Assembly (NCBI GenBank): GCA_049599475.1
Contig: JBMYOQ010000008.1
Span: 45,216-109,215 of the forward strand
DNA: 64,000 bases
Direction of reading: 5' to 3'
Source of the DNA: Opitutales bacterium
Lineage (GTDB): Bacteria; Verrucomicrobiota; Verrucomicrobiia; Opitutales; JABSRG01
Shown here: piece by piece, positions 33,680 to 42,768 of the stretch
Layout: each line of letters starts with the position of its first letter
How positions within the stretch are numbered: the stretch's first letter is position 1
The notes under the pieces: generated by a model
Told to the model about the DNA's origin: nothing
The model's database searches: none
What the model saw: the letters and a program-made list of their open reading frames with translations, nothing else
Translations under genes and position numbers: made by a program

Positions 33680-33940
33680 ATGACCAAAGACGACGTCAAA
33701 CAGATTGTTAAAGACATCATTGAAGAAATTGCTCCAGACGAAGATCTCGGAAGCTTGCAAGATGAGGTGCGCCTGCGCGACCAGTTGGATTTGGATTCAA
33801 TGGACTTTTTGGACATCGTCATGGAGCTGCGCAAGCAACACGGCATCGAAGTCCCAGAGGCGGACTACCCTGAGTTGGCGAGCCTCCAGAGCTGCGCAGA
33901 CTACCTGCTCCCTAAGTTTGAAGCTAAAGCAGCTTCCTAA
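33680..33940 (+). CDS. Acyl carrier protein
   Basis: LDLDSMDF phosphopantetheine site; small acidic protein. Confidence 0.92.
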   Translation: MTKDDVKQIVKDIIEEIAPDEDLGSLQDEVRLRDQLDLDSMDFLDIVMELRKQHGIEVPEADYPELASLQSCADYLLPKFEAKAAS

Positions 33941-33945
33941 GGCAC

Positions 33946-35379
33946 TTGTCTAAAGTGACGTCGCTGGACGGCCAGCATTTTGATACCGTAATCATCGGCG
34001 CTGGTATGTCTGGCCTGGCCGCCGGTATCCGCTTGGCGCTCGCTGAAAAGAAGGTGCTCATTCTCGAGCGTCATGAGGCGCCTGGTGGGTTGAATTCCTT
34101 CTACTCGCTTCGCAAACGACGGTACGACGTAGGCCTGCATGCGATGACGAATTATGTTCGGCCCGGGGTGAAAAACACTCCATTGGGCAAGATCTTTCGG
34201 CAGTTGCGCATCAAGCGAGATGCCTTCGATCTCTCGGAACAAATAGGCTCCCGAATTGCGTTCCCTGGTGTGGACCTACGCTTCAGTAACGATTTTGAAC
34301 TCCTCGAATCTGAAGTCGCTCGAGCCTTTCCGGACCAGATTGATGGATTTCGCGAATTGAAGAAATTTGTGGAGACTTTTGATGCTACGAATCTCGATGC
34401 AGGCGAGGAGTCCGCAGACCCCACGATCGCGCGTTTCATAACCAATCGGAAGCTCCGGCATATGCTCTATAGCCCGATCTGCTATTATGGTAGCTCGCGC
34501 GAAAACGACATCGATTTGGGGCAATTCGTAATCATGTTTCGTTCGCTCTTCATGGAAGGGTTTGCTCGTCCTTTTCAAGGTGTCAGGCAAGTGATTCGTG
34601 CACTTACCAAAAAATATGCGGAACTGGGCGGATTGCGTAAAATGCGTCTAGGTGTGAAAGCGATTCGCGCTCAAGGGGGCCGAGCAGATGTGCTCGAGCT
34701 CGACAATGGCGAGACGATATCTGCGGAAAACGTTATTTCTACGATTGGTTTGGTTGAGACAGAGCGACTCTGTTCAGACAAGGCCGCAGTCGAGAAAGAC
34801 GTGAGGGTGGGGAAGCTCGCCTTCACTGAAACGATCACCGTATTCGATGGACAGCCGCAGGATATGGGATGGTCGGATACGATTATTTTCTTCAACGATT
34901 CAGAAAATTTCGATTATGCCTCACCGAAGGATGCCCTCGTGGATCCGCGTAGTGGGGTTATTTGTTTCCCGAATAACTACCAGTACGCCGAGGGACAGCA
35001 GTTGGACGCTGGGTGGTTGCGTGTTACTGCACTTGCAAATTATGATCGCTGGAAGGCTCTCGAAGAGAGTGAATACCGCGTATCCAAGGACCTCTGGTAT
35101 GATAAACTTCAGACCGCAGTAGAGCCGTTTTTAGCTACTGCCAAACCTGCAGATTTCGAGAGCAAGATTTTAGACAAAGATATGTTTACACCTCTTACTG
35201 TGGAGCGATTCACAGGGCATCTCGGGGGAGCGATATATGGTTCCACCGAGAAAGTTAAGGACGGGACAACACATCTGGATAACTTGTATCTCTGCGGTAC
35301 AGACCAAGGCTTCCTGGGTATTGTCGGAGCGATGTTAAGCGGTATTTCGATTGTAAATCGCTACTTGGTTCAGCGCTAG
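33946..35379 (+). CDS. Phytoene-desaturase-like (CrtI/COG1233-type) FAD oxidoreductase
   Basis: IIGAGMSGL, LERHEAPGG, DVGLH, FTPLT..RFTG..GGAIYG, NLYLCG..QG..GIVGAMLSG. Confidence 0.85.
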   Translation: MSKVTSLDGQHFDTVIIGAGMSGLAAGIRLALAEKKVLILERHEAPGGLNSFYSLRKRRYDVGLHAMTNYVRPGVKNTPLGKIFRQLRIKRDAFDLSEQIGSRIAFPGVDLRFSNDFELLESEVARAFPDQIDGFRELKKFVETFDATNLDAGEESADPTIARFITNRKLRHMLYSPICYYGSSRENDIDLGQFVIMFRSLFMEGFARPFQGVRQVIRALTKKYAELGGLRKMRLGVKAIRAQGGRADVLELDNGETISAENVISTIGLVETERLCSDKAAVEKDVRVGKLAFTETITVFDGQPQDMGWSDTIIFFNDSENFDYASPKDALVDPRSGVICFPNNYQYAEGQQLDAGWLRVTALANYDRWKALEESEYRVSKDLWYDKLQTAVEPFLATAKPADFESKILDKDMFTPLTVERFTGHLGGAIYGSTEKVKDGTTHLDNLYLCGTDQGFLGIVGAMLSGISIVNRYLVQR

Positions 35380-35388
35380 AGAAGAGCT

Positions 35389-36039
35389 TTACCCTGCGTT
35401 TTCGGACGCGGAAACCAAATTGTGCTTAATGGCGTAGCGGGTAAGGCCCGCGACATCGTGAATGCCGAGTTTCCGCATGATATTCGTGCGATGAGTATCT
35501 GCGGTTCGAGCGCTGATGAAAAGCTTTTGGGCAATTTCCTTATTACTGTAGCTCTCAGCGATCAGTTGTACGATCTCCCTCTCGCGTGGTGTGAGGGATT
35601 CTACAGAATCGTCGACCCCGCCGTTCATCATGATTTCCTGCATGGCCTCCATGATACGGGGGCCAAAGAACGTGCGTCCGCCTGCGACTTGTTCGATTGC
35701 TTTGCGCAGCTCTGAAAGGCTGGCGTTCTTCTCAATGAAACCGGCGACTCCGGCTTTCAAAATACGGTTTACGGTATTGCGGTCGGTGAGCCCTGAAAAG
35801 ACCAGTATATTTGTCTCGGGCATATCGCGCTTCAAGTGATGAATAACTTCTACTCCGTTCAGTTCCGGAAGCATAATGTCGAGAATCACCAAATCGGGCA
35901 GTTCGCGATTGCAGAGTTTGATTCCCTCGTGGCCATCTCCTGTGGATCCTGCCAGCTCGAGCATGGGTAGACCCTCTAGCATCTCCGCGATCAGTTCACG
36001 GAGGATTGTTTGATCTTCGATTACAACCACCTTATTCAT
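35389..36039 (-). CDS. NarL/LuxR-family response regulator
   Basis: IEDQ, LDIMLP receiver; LTPREREI...SNKEIA..L.IS..T...H HTH. Confidence 0.92.
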   Translation of the reverse strand: MNKVVVIEDQTILRELIAEMLEGLPMLELAGSTGDGHEGIKLCNRELPDLVILDIMLPELNGVEVIHHLKRDMPETNILVFSGLTDRNTVNRILKAGVAGFIEKNASLSELRKAIEQVAGGRTFFGPRIMEAMQEIMMNGGVDDSVESLTPREREIVQLIAESYSNKEIAQKLFISARTADTHRTNIMRKLGIHDVAGLTRYAIKHNLVSASENAG

Positions 36040-36115
36040 CGCTCTAAAAGTCGCTCTTTTGGATGCGTGCTTGAGCGCTAAGTGATCTTAGAGGTCGATT
36101 ATTTACTGAGATATT

Positions 36116-36568
36116 TTAGGACTGAGCGGCTCCGTAGACCGCGTCTTCGAGCCTGTCGCGCAGTCTGCGAGCTCCACCGGCCAGGTGTTCAATGCGATGA
36201 AATTCGCCGTTTTTCGTCTCGATCTTTAGCTTTTTATCGGCTTGATCGTAGTGAAGACGCTCTATGTCGGTGAACTTTAGAAAGGTGCGGCTTCGAGGTT
36301 TGATGAGGGCAAGGCCTTCATCATAGAGTTCAATTTTGCGAGGGCCCTGGATGTGGTTAATTTGAAAAACGATGGTAGCGCAAAACGCGATAACCGTGGC
36401 TATGATTAGCAACGGAGACCAATTCAGAGGTATGCTCGATATGATGACTACGGCACATATAATCATCGCGGCGCAGGAAAGCTGCGTTTGAGCTGTAAAT
36501 AATTGGCGGTTATATGTGCGAATCGGTTTTGATAACTCCAATCGGGTGCGATCAGATTTTTCGTTCAT
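36116..36568 (-). CDS. Small membrane protein (2 TM plus PH-like beta domain), paralog 1
   Basis: Two hydrophobic helices, then IELY...IERLH...L.IETK.GEF; clear similarity to 36911-37360. Confidence 0.7.
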   Translation of the reverse strand: MNEKSDRTRLELSKPIRTYNRQLFTAQTQLSCAAMIICAVVIISSIPLNWSPLLIIATVIAFCATIVFQINHIQGPRKIELYDEGLALIKPRSRTFLKFTDIERLHYDQADKKLKIETKNGEFHRIEHLAGGARRLRDRLEDAVYGAAQS

Positions 36569-36910
36569 GCAGGGGGATGAATGAGAGTTATATTCTAGGA
36601 AAGCGTACTTCCGCGGAGAACGTCAGTGCACTAAGCATTTAGAGAGGGGACTTTCCATAGTGATGAATAAAAAATTCGTGAGAGGTTTAGCAAATGATTT
36701 ACCTCTTTTATCATTTAACATGTTTGCGTATGAAGATTAGACGTTTCGAAACGTTTCCAGAGATGCGCTGTCTAGCTACCAAGGATTGATGGAACGTTTA
36801 TGGCTTAAGTGATAAGCTGTTATCGAAAACGACCGGTGAGCTTTAACTCAAGTTAATAATGTTACTCCTGGATGGAGGCGCCCTAGGTCAAACCTCTTCT
36901 GTTCGCAGTT

Positions 36911-37360
36911 CTAAATCGTCTGCCCGTAAACCGCTTTCTCAAGATGATACATGAGGCGGTTCATATCGACTCGAAGATTGTCGATTTGTAGGAACTCTCC
37001 CGATTTGGTCTCTATTCGCAGTCGATTCGTCTCTCGATTTGCGTGTAGGCGCTCAATTTTCGCATAGCTGAGCTCGGCTCGCTTCATGATACTGGTTAGA
37101 ACGACGCTCGATTCATATAGTTCTATTTTGAAGAAACGCTTTACGTGAAAACTTAGGAGCGCGACTGAAATGAGAATAAGTCCACCCGCTACGAGTGCGT
37201 AAGTGAGTGGCCATGCGAAGATTACTTTGCATACGATTAGCACAATCGCTGCGATAATGAGTGCGTATGAGAGGTGAAACCCTGGGGTCAGCAATACTCC
37301 GTGGTAGGTTCTGAAAGGCTCGGGTGTGTGTGTAGAGTCTGTATCTTCTTGTGCGGGCAT
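36911..37360 (-). CDS. Small membrane protein (2 TM plus PH-like beta domain), paralog 2
   Basis: Same architecture and shared motifs, including the LE.AVYG end. Confidence 0.7.
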   Translation of the reverse strand: MPAQEDTDSTHTPEPFRTYHGVLLTPGFHLSYALIIAAIVLIVCKVIFAWPLTYALVAGGLILISVALLSFHVKRFFKIELYESSVVLTSIMKRAELSYAKIERLHANRETNRLRIETKSGEFLQIDNLRVDMNRLMYHLEKAVYGQTI

Positions 37361-37408
37361 CCGTTGCTAATCGTACTAACGTTTGAGCCAATAAAAATGG
37401 CCTTTTGT

Positions 37409-37960
37409 TTACAAGAAATTACCGATAGAGGAATCTAGTTTGAAGGATTGTATGGGTTCGTAATTATTCCCGGTGGGGCGAGCTATACTTTCGTAAAGTT
37501 GGAACTCAGATATGTATATCGAAAGCTTGTGCCAATCATTGAATGATTTGAGCAATTGGCGTATGGATTCGTGAGCCTGGCTTGAACAACGTGCGAGGGT
37601 AATGTGCGGGCTGTAAGGGCGGAGGTCGGGTTGAATGCCGGACGCGTAAAGGGAATCTTGGATCTTCTTATAGAGTTGAAACAGGTGCGGATGGCCTTGT
37701 CCCACACCTGCCCACAGGACTCTCGGTGCATCCACTTTGGGAAACACGCCTAGTCCCTGGATCGGGAGGAAAAATGCTCGGACACTGATTTGTTTCAGCA
37801 CCTCAACGACGCGATCTTCATCTGCGTCTCCGAGAAATTTCAGAGTGATGTGATACTGGTCGGGACGTTTCCAGCTGACTCCGGGAATCTCTTCAATGAG
37901 TTCTTGTAGAATGGTCCGAATGTTCTCGGGGATATCAATCGCTATGAATAATCTGCGCAC
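37409..37960 (-). CDS. thpR: RNA 2',3'-cyclic phosphodiesterase (2H family)
   Basis: RLFIAI, two HITL (HxT) motifs, RVLWAG. Confidence 0.92.
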   Translation of the reverse strand: MRRLFIAIDIPENIRTILQELIEEIPGVSWKRPDQYHITLKFLGDADEDRVVEVLKQISVRAFFLPIQGLGVFPKVDAPRVLWAGVGQGHPHLFQLYKKIQDSLYASGIQPDLRPYSPHITLARCSSQAHESIRQLLKSFNDWHKLSIYISEFQLYESIARPTGNNYEPIQSFKLDSSIGNFL

Positions 37961-38028
37961 AATTTATCCGACGATACGAGCTATCGCCGGCTTTTCAAAA
38001 ATGCGACGAGTTAAAATGCGCTTTGGCT

Positions 38029-39195
38029 CTACAGGCTTGTCGCAGCGCTCATTTTACCCACTAGGATTTCGCGATCAGAGTTATCCGATTTTCCCACGAG
38101 TGATACGTGGCTCGCTTCTTCAGCATCGGCGTTGAAAGTAAACGTTGCGTTGCCGCGCGACGTGAAGATTTCACGTTCGGAACTCGGGTCGCCATACAGG
38201 TAGATCAACGTATCTACATCCACGATTCCCGCTAAGTTGTGCTCCAGAGCTATTTCTTTAAACGCAGCGGGTATCCATGCTCCATTGTCGACTGAATTGA
38301 GCGTGGTCAATGCGTAGCTTAGGCGGAAATTATAGTCCTCAGGAAGAGCGGAAAGGCGCTCGAAGAAGTTGCTGGTATCCTCGAGTTGCAGAGGGCTTTT
38401 AGCGATCGAGGCATTGGAGGTTTCGACTACGTTGATGATCTGCTTAAGCTTCCAGGAAATCGGATCAACAATATGGATCGAAATAAGATCGGGGAGTTTT
38501 TGACCTTCTGGACTTGTTGAAGCTATGCCGTAAATGAGGGCGTGTTTGGCTTGGATCGGTTGGCCTTCGTAGAAGAGTTGATTGCTCTTCAATCCAATTT
38601 TCCCTGCCGGCTTGAGGCTGAAGCGCGTGCCATCTAGGCGAATAAGATGCTCGCGGATATTTTGGGTCCAATCGTCGAGGGTGACCGCTTGGCGTTCTTC
38701 AATTGTGTAAATCGCGTCGAAAATGATTTGGCTATAGCCGAGGCTGTAGGAGGATTCGATAATACGGGCTGCGAGGTCGGCTTGAATGGCGTCACTGGAC
38801 GGTTTTGCTTCAAAGGCACTGGTGTATTTTACCGATGGAGTCGTCTCTTCTGAGGTGGCTGGTTGCCGTCTGCTGATCGCTGCATCTCTGAGTCCCTGCA
38901 GAGTTTTCTCGCCCTCAGCTATCGCGGCTTCCCCTTTGCTAATCAGCTCTTTGCCCGCTGCGTGAGCTCGAGCAACCGAGTCTTTTTGGGTGCTCGAAGA
39001 GTCCGTTCGATTCAAATACCATTCGCCCGATTTAATGTCGGAGGCACCTTTCTCTTTTTGGGCAACGGCCTTTTCCCACCGGATTTTTTCTCCAGTGGTG
39101 AGTTCGTTGTAAATTTCATTATCGCTCGCATTTGCGAAGCCAAGGGTGCAGCACAGTAGCGATATAAGGACAGCGGAGGAGAACTTGATATTCAT
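38029..39195 (-). CDS. Hypothetical exported protein
   Basis: 388-aa ORF with a signal peptide (ending ANA) and a helical N-terminal part; no family recognised. Confidence 0.7.
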   Translation of the reverse strand: MNIKFSSAVLISLLCCTLGFANASDNEIYNELTTGEKIRWEKAVAQKEKGASDIKSGEWYLNRTDSSSTQKDSVARAHAAGKELISKGEAAIAEGEKTLQGLRDAAISRRQPATSEETTPSVKYTSAFEAKPSSDAIQADLAARIIESSYSLGYSQIIFDAIYTIEERQAVTLDDWTQNIREHLIRLDGTRFSLKPAGKIGLKSNQLFYEGQPIQAKHALIYGIASTSPEGQKLPDLISIHIVDPISWKLKQIINVVETSNASIAKSPLQLEDTSNFFERLSALPEDYNFRLSYALTTLNSVDNGAWIPAAFKEIALEHNLAGIVDVDTLIYLYGDPSSEREIFTSRGNATFTFNADAEEASHVSLVGKSDNSDREILVGKMSAATSL

Positions 39196-39342
39196 CGAGT
39201 TGTCGGGGTATTGTGATTCAGAGGTTTACTGTAGTGTTGAAGATTTAAACGTCGTTATAACCGAAGTAAACTTTGATATCGCGAAGAATTAGACTCCTTT
39301 TTGACAGGGGAATCATCCGCTTTGTTCAACAACTGTTGCGTT

Positions 39343-40425
39343 TTAGGCTATTTGCGCGGAGCACGATAGGGCTTCCGGAGTCTCGCAATTGGGTCGCGCG
39401 ACGAGCCCGGGGTAAGGTTCCTCTGGGTAAGGAATTTCAGACTTTCCATCCTCTATCATATAACGATCGCAGACTTTTAGGAGGTCCGCCGTCGTGCGCG
39501 CTCTCCGCATCTCATAGAGGAAATGTCCATTGGGCTCGATGCTCGTGCCGACAAAGTTGACGAATTTTTTCATTCGGCCATTCCAAAGGCGGTCAGGGTG
39601 GTTCTCTTTGAAAGTCGCGACTTGGATCTTATCTACGTATTCACGGACGTCGCCAAGAGTTGGGCGAAATACTTCTCTACCTGAATAGTGGTCTCGTATC
39701 TGTCTGAAAATCCATGGATTTCGTATGGCGGCTCGGCCCACCATGAGACCCGCTCCACCAACCTGTTTTTGCACCTCAACAGCTTTGGTTACCGAGGAGA
39801 CTTCTCCATTCGCCAAAAGCGGGCACTTCACAGTGTCTGCCGCTTTGCGGATTAGGTCATAATGAACAGCGCTCTTATAACCCTCATGAACGGTGCGGCC
39901 GTGCAGTGAAAGTAGGTCCACCTCGCAATCGTTGATGACCTGTAGGAGCTCTTCGAACTGTTCCCAATCGGCAAAGCCGACGCGCATTTTTACGGTGAAC
40001 GTCTCGGGGATTGCCTCTCGAAGACAGCTGACAACTCGACGCATTTCACTGACATCTCGGAGCAATCCGCCGCCGACGTTTTTCTTGTAGACCTTGGGTG
40101 CTGGGCAGCCGAGATTTAAATCTATGCCGGCTATCGGCAGCCCTTTTAGGGCTTTCACAGTGCGTCTTAGAGGTTCCTCAGCTTCTCCGATTAGCTGAGC
40201 GAAAACAGGGCGCCTCGTTCCATGATCCGTGATCGAAGAGACAATATGTGGCTCCGGCTTTGAATGCTCTGTTACTCTGAAATACTCTGTGAAAAACCAA
40301 TCAGGTGGTCCGGTCTCCCCAATCAACTTCATGAAAGGAAGCGTCGTTACGTCTTGCATCGGTGCGAGCGCGGTAACAGGTCCGCTCGGCTCGATGGTAG
40401 CGGGAAGTTTAGGTGAAATTTCCAA
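39343..40425 (-). CDS. dus: tRNA-dihydrouridine synthase family protein
   Basis: LAPMQD, IDLNLGCP, VKMR, HGRT, ANGE, MVGRAA..NPW. Confidence 0.92.
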   Translation of the reverse strand: MEISPKLPATIEPSGPVTALAPMQDVTTLPFMKLIGETGPPDWFFTEYFRVTEHSKPEPHIVSSITDHGTRRPVFAQLIGEAEEPLRRTVKALKGLPIAGIDLNLGCPAPKVYKKNVGGGLLRDVSEMRRVVSCLREAIPETFTVKMRVGFADWEQFEELLQVINDCEVDLLSLHGRTVHEGYKSAVHYDLIRKAADTVKCPLLANGEVSSVTKAVEVQKQVGGAGLMVGRAAIRNPWIFRQIRDHYSGREVFRPTLGDVREYVDKIQVATFKENHPDRLWNGRMKKFVNFVGTSIEPNGHFLYEMRRARTTADLLKVCDRYMIEDGKSEIPYPEEPYPGLVARPNCETPEALSCSAQIA

Positions 40426-40450
40426 GGTTAGGAAGTTTGGAATTCCGGAC

Positions 40451-40912
40451 TCAATCTCCCGGCGATTGGTCCTGTTGCTGTTTCAGGATCTTGTCCAAAA
40501 TCTCAGTCATATCGTCGACTAGATCGAGTACTTTGGAAGAGACGTAAATGGACTGTTTTCGCTGCAGAGCGAGCACGATACAGTCACTAGGACGGGCATC
40601 GATCTCGACGATTTTGGTGCCGAGTTCATTAGACATCTTTAGAACAAGCCGAGCATAGTAGGTCCCATCCTCGAAATCGCTGATGATTACCCGTTCTATT
40701 TCTACCTGAAATCCATCGAAAATGTGGCCGATTAGGTCGTGCGTGAAAGGACGCTCTTTCTTTACGGCGTTGAGGGTCATCGAAATCGTGCTTCCGATTC
40801 CTTGGTCTACATAAATGACGAAGGTCTTCTCGTCATTGCCCAGGAATATCGCACACCCGCTTGAGGTGGGCATGACTCCTTTGATTTCTACGGCCGATTG
40901 CTGTGAATCCAT
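40451..40912 (-). CDS. Bifunctional nuclease (DUF151/BFN) family protein
   Basis: RPFTHDL, YYARL, IDARPSD..LAL. Confidence 0.9.
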   Translation of the reverse strand: MDSQQSAVEIKGVMPTSSGCAIFLGNDEKTFVIYVDQGIGSTISMTLNAVKKERPFTHDLIGHIFDGFQVEIERVIISDFEDGTYYARLVLKMSNELGTKIVEIDARPSDCIVLALQRKQSIYVSSKVLDLVDDMTEILDKILKQQQDQSPGD

Positions 40913-40981
40913 TGCTGCCTATGGTCGGTATTTTTGGGTTCCGATCAAGCATTTGCCTCCTATATGAAGGAATAACTTTGA

Positions 40982-42112
40982 TTAGGCTGTGCTTGCCTCA
41001 TGGGCTTGGGATCTCAAGGCGCTTTCAGAGTGCTTCCGATTACTTGAGATGAACGCGTATAATTCGCTGAAAGCTTCCCGCTCGTTTTCGGAATGAGAGT
41101 TTTCATTAAAAATTTTAGCCGCTTTATCGAACAGGCTCTGTATTTCCGATTTTAATGCAGCGAATGTGGGTTCTGACTGGAGGAGTGAATGCAGGCGTCG
41201 TTGATGTTCGAGAGCGGAGAGTTTCCCAGACAATACGCTATTCATAAAGGCTTGGTCATCGCTGCTCAGACTCGGATAGAGGCGACGTAGGTAGAGCGTT
41301 TTAACGCCGCATTGAAGGTCGTAGGCCACGTCTTTGAAGGCATCGAAATCCAAGCTGATTTCATGGAGATCATTCTCGATTTGAAATGCTATGCCGATGG
41401 GTAACGACGCCTGTTTAATTGTTTGCATGACGTTTCCTCGCGCGTTTGCGAGCAAAGCGCCTAAGACGAGGGGGCTCTCAAAAGTGTAGATCGCAGTCTT
41501 TAGCTCGTAGACAGAGTAAATCCAACTCTCATGGACTTCAGGGATGGGTTGATCCCACAGGTGAATCTCTAGGGCTTCGCCGGCACCGGTGAGCTGAATC
41601 ATCCGCGAAAAATAGCGCACGAGTTCGCGCTGAGTGGGGCCATCAATTGATTCGTGGACTAAGAGCTCAAAGACATATCCCTGGAGGATGTCCCCCATGA
41701 CGATCGCTGAGCACTCGGCGTTTCTCGGGCGAATCGAAGGCAAATTCTCGATATGCTTGTGTAGCGTTGGCTCACCTCGCCGCGATGACGATTGATCGAT
41801 CACATCGTCATGGATCAGCAGAAAAGCGTGGAAAACCTCCAGAGCTACCGCGATTTGAGTGACATGGGATGGGAGTGTTTCCTTCTCGAAGCCAGATAAA
41901 GCGCGAAAGCTACCTGCAAACAGAAGCGGTCGGATCCGCTTTCCTGGGCTCATTACGACTTTAAACAGGGCGTCCAAATAAGGTTCGAGGGCGGGGTATT
42001 TCTCAAGCCTGTGGCGTTGCTCGATGAGCGCTTCTTCGAGGCATTTTTCGATCTGTTCGCGGTCTCGCATCATAGCGTCGCGCAGAACATAACTTTTCGG
42101 GGAAGCGTTCAT
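40982..42112 (-). CDS. Polyprenyl diphosphate synthase family protein
   Basis: GKRIRP, FARM HDDVID...RRG, KTA; second Asp-rich motif degenerate (FQIENDLHE). Start uncertain (42112 or 42142). Confidence 0.85.
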   Translation of the reverse strand: MNASPKSYVLRDAMMRDREQIEKCLEEALIEQRHRLEKYPALEPYLDALFKVVMSPGKRIRPLLFAGSFRALSGFEKETLPSHVTQIAVALEVFHAFLLIHDDVIDQSSSRRGEPTLHKHIENLPSIRPRNAECSAIVMGDILQGYVFELLVHESIDGPTQRELVRYFSRMIQLTGAGEALEIHLWDQPIPEVHESWIYSVYELKTAIYTFESPLVLGALLANARGNVMQTIKQASLPIGIAFQIENDLHEISLDFDAFKDVAYDLQCGVKTLYLRRLYPSLSSDDQAFMNSVLSGKLSALEHQRRLHSLLQSEPTFAALKSEIQSLFDKAAKIFNENSHSENEREAFSELYAFISSNRKHSESALRSQAHEASTA

Positions 42113-42189
42113 GAGACTACTTGTGTGTAGAGTTTCTAGCAAATTGCAAACCGCCGCTTCTCCAAATCCAATTTTGTTTGAGTCGGTAG

Positions 42190-42768
42190 GTGAGTCCTAC
42201 CACCTTCATTCAGATGCGAAAGATGCGGGATGACGCTGTAAACTTATACCTAGTGGGCTTTATGGGCACTGGTAAATCAACCATAGGCAGGCGCGTCGCT
42301 GAGGAATTAAAAATGCGGTTTGTTGATTCAGATCATGCGATCGAGAAGAAATACCGCATGGCTATCCCGGAGATTTTTGAAAAGCACGGTGAGGCACATT
42401 TCAGGGCACTGGAACGAGAATTTGTCGACACGGGTCACCCCAAGCGAGGCATGGTTGTCGCCTGTGGAGGTGGACTTGTTGTTCAGGACGGAATGCTCGA
42501 AACGCTAGAAAACAAGGGGATCGTCGTTTGCCTAGTAGCATCTGAGGAGACGATCATCCAGCGAGTGTCTTCGAATCCCAACCGTCCATTGCTTAATGTC
42601 GATGATCAGCGGGAGCGCATCCGTAAGCTCATTGCAGAGCGAGAGCCTATTTACCGCAAGGTGAACACCCAATTGATGACTGATATGCGTCCAGTCCCCA
42701 GTGTCGTGGGGCATTTGGCACGGACTTATCTACACGAAGCGGCTCGTTTTAAAAACCGTTCAGCCTAG
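42190..42768 (+). CDS. aroK: Shikimate kinase
   Basis: GFMGTGKST, D.D, GEAHFR..E, GGG, RPLL. The real start may be up to 33 nt downstream. Confidence 0.93.
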   Translation: MSPTTFIQMRKMRDDAVNLYLVGFMGTGKSTIGRRVAEELKMRFVDSDHAIEKKYRMAIPEIFEKHGEAHFRALEREFVDTGHPKRGMVVACGGGLVVQDGMLETLENKGIVVCLVASEETIIQRVSSNPNRPLLNVDDQRERIRKLIAEREPIYRKVNTQLMTDMRPVPSVVGHLARTYLHEAARFKNRSA

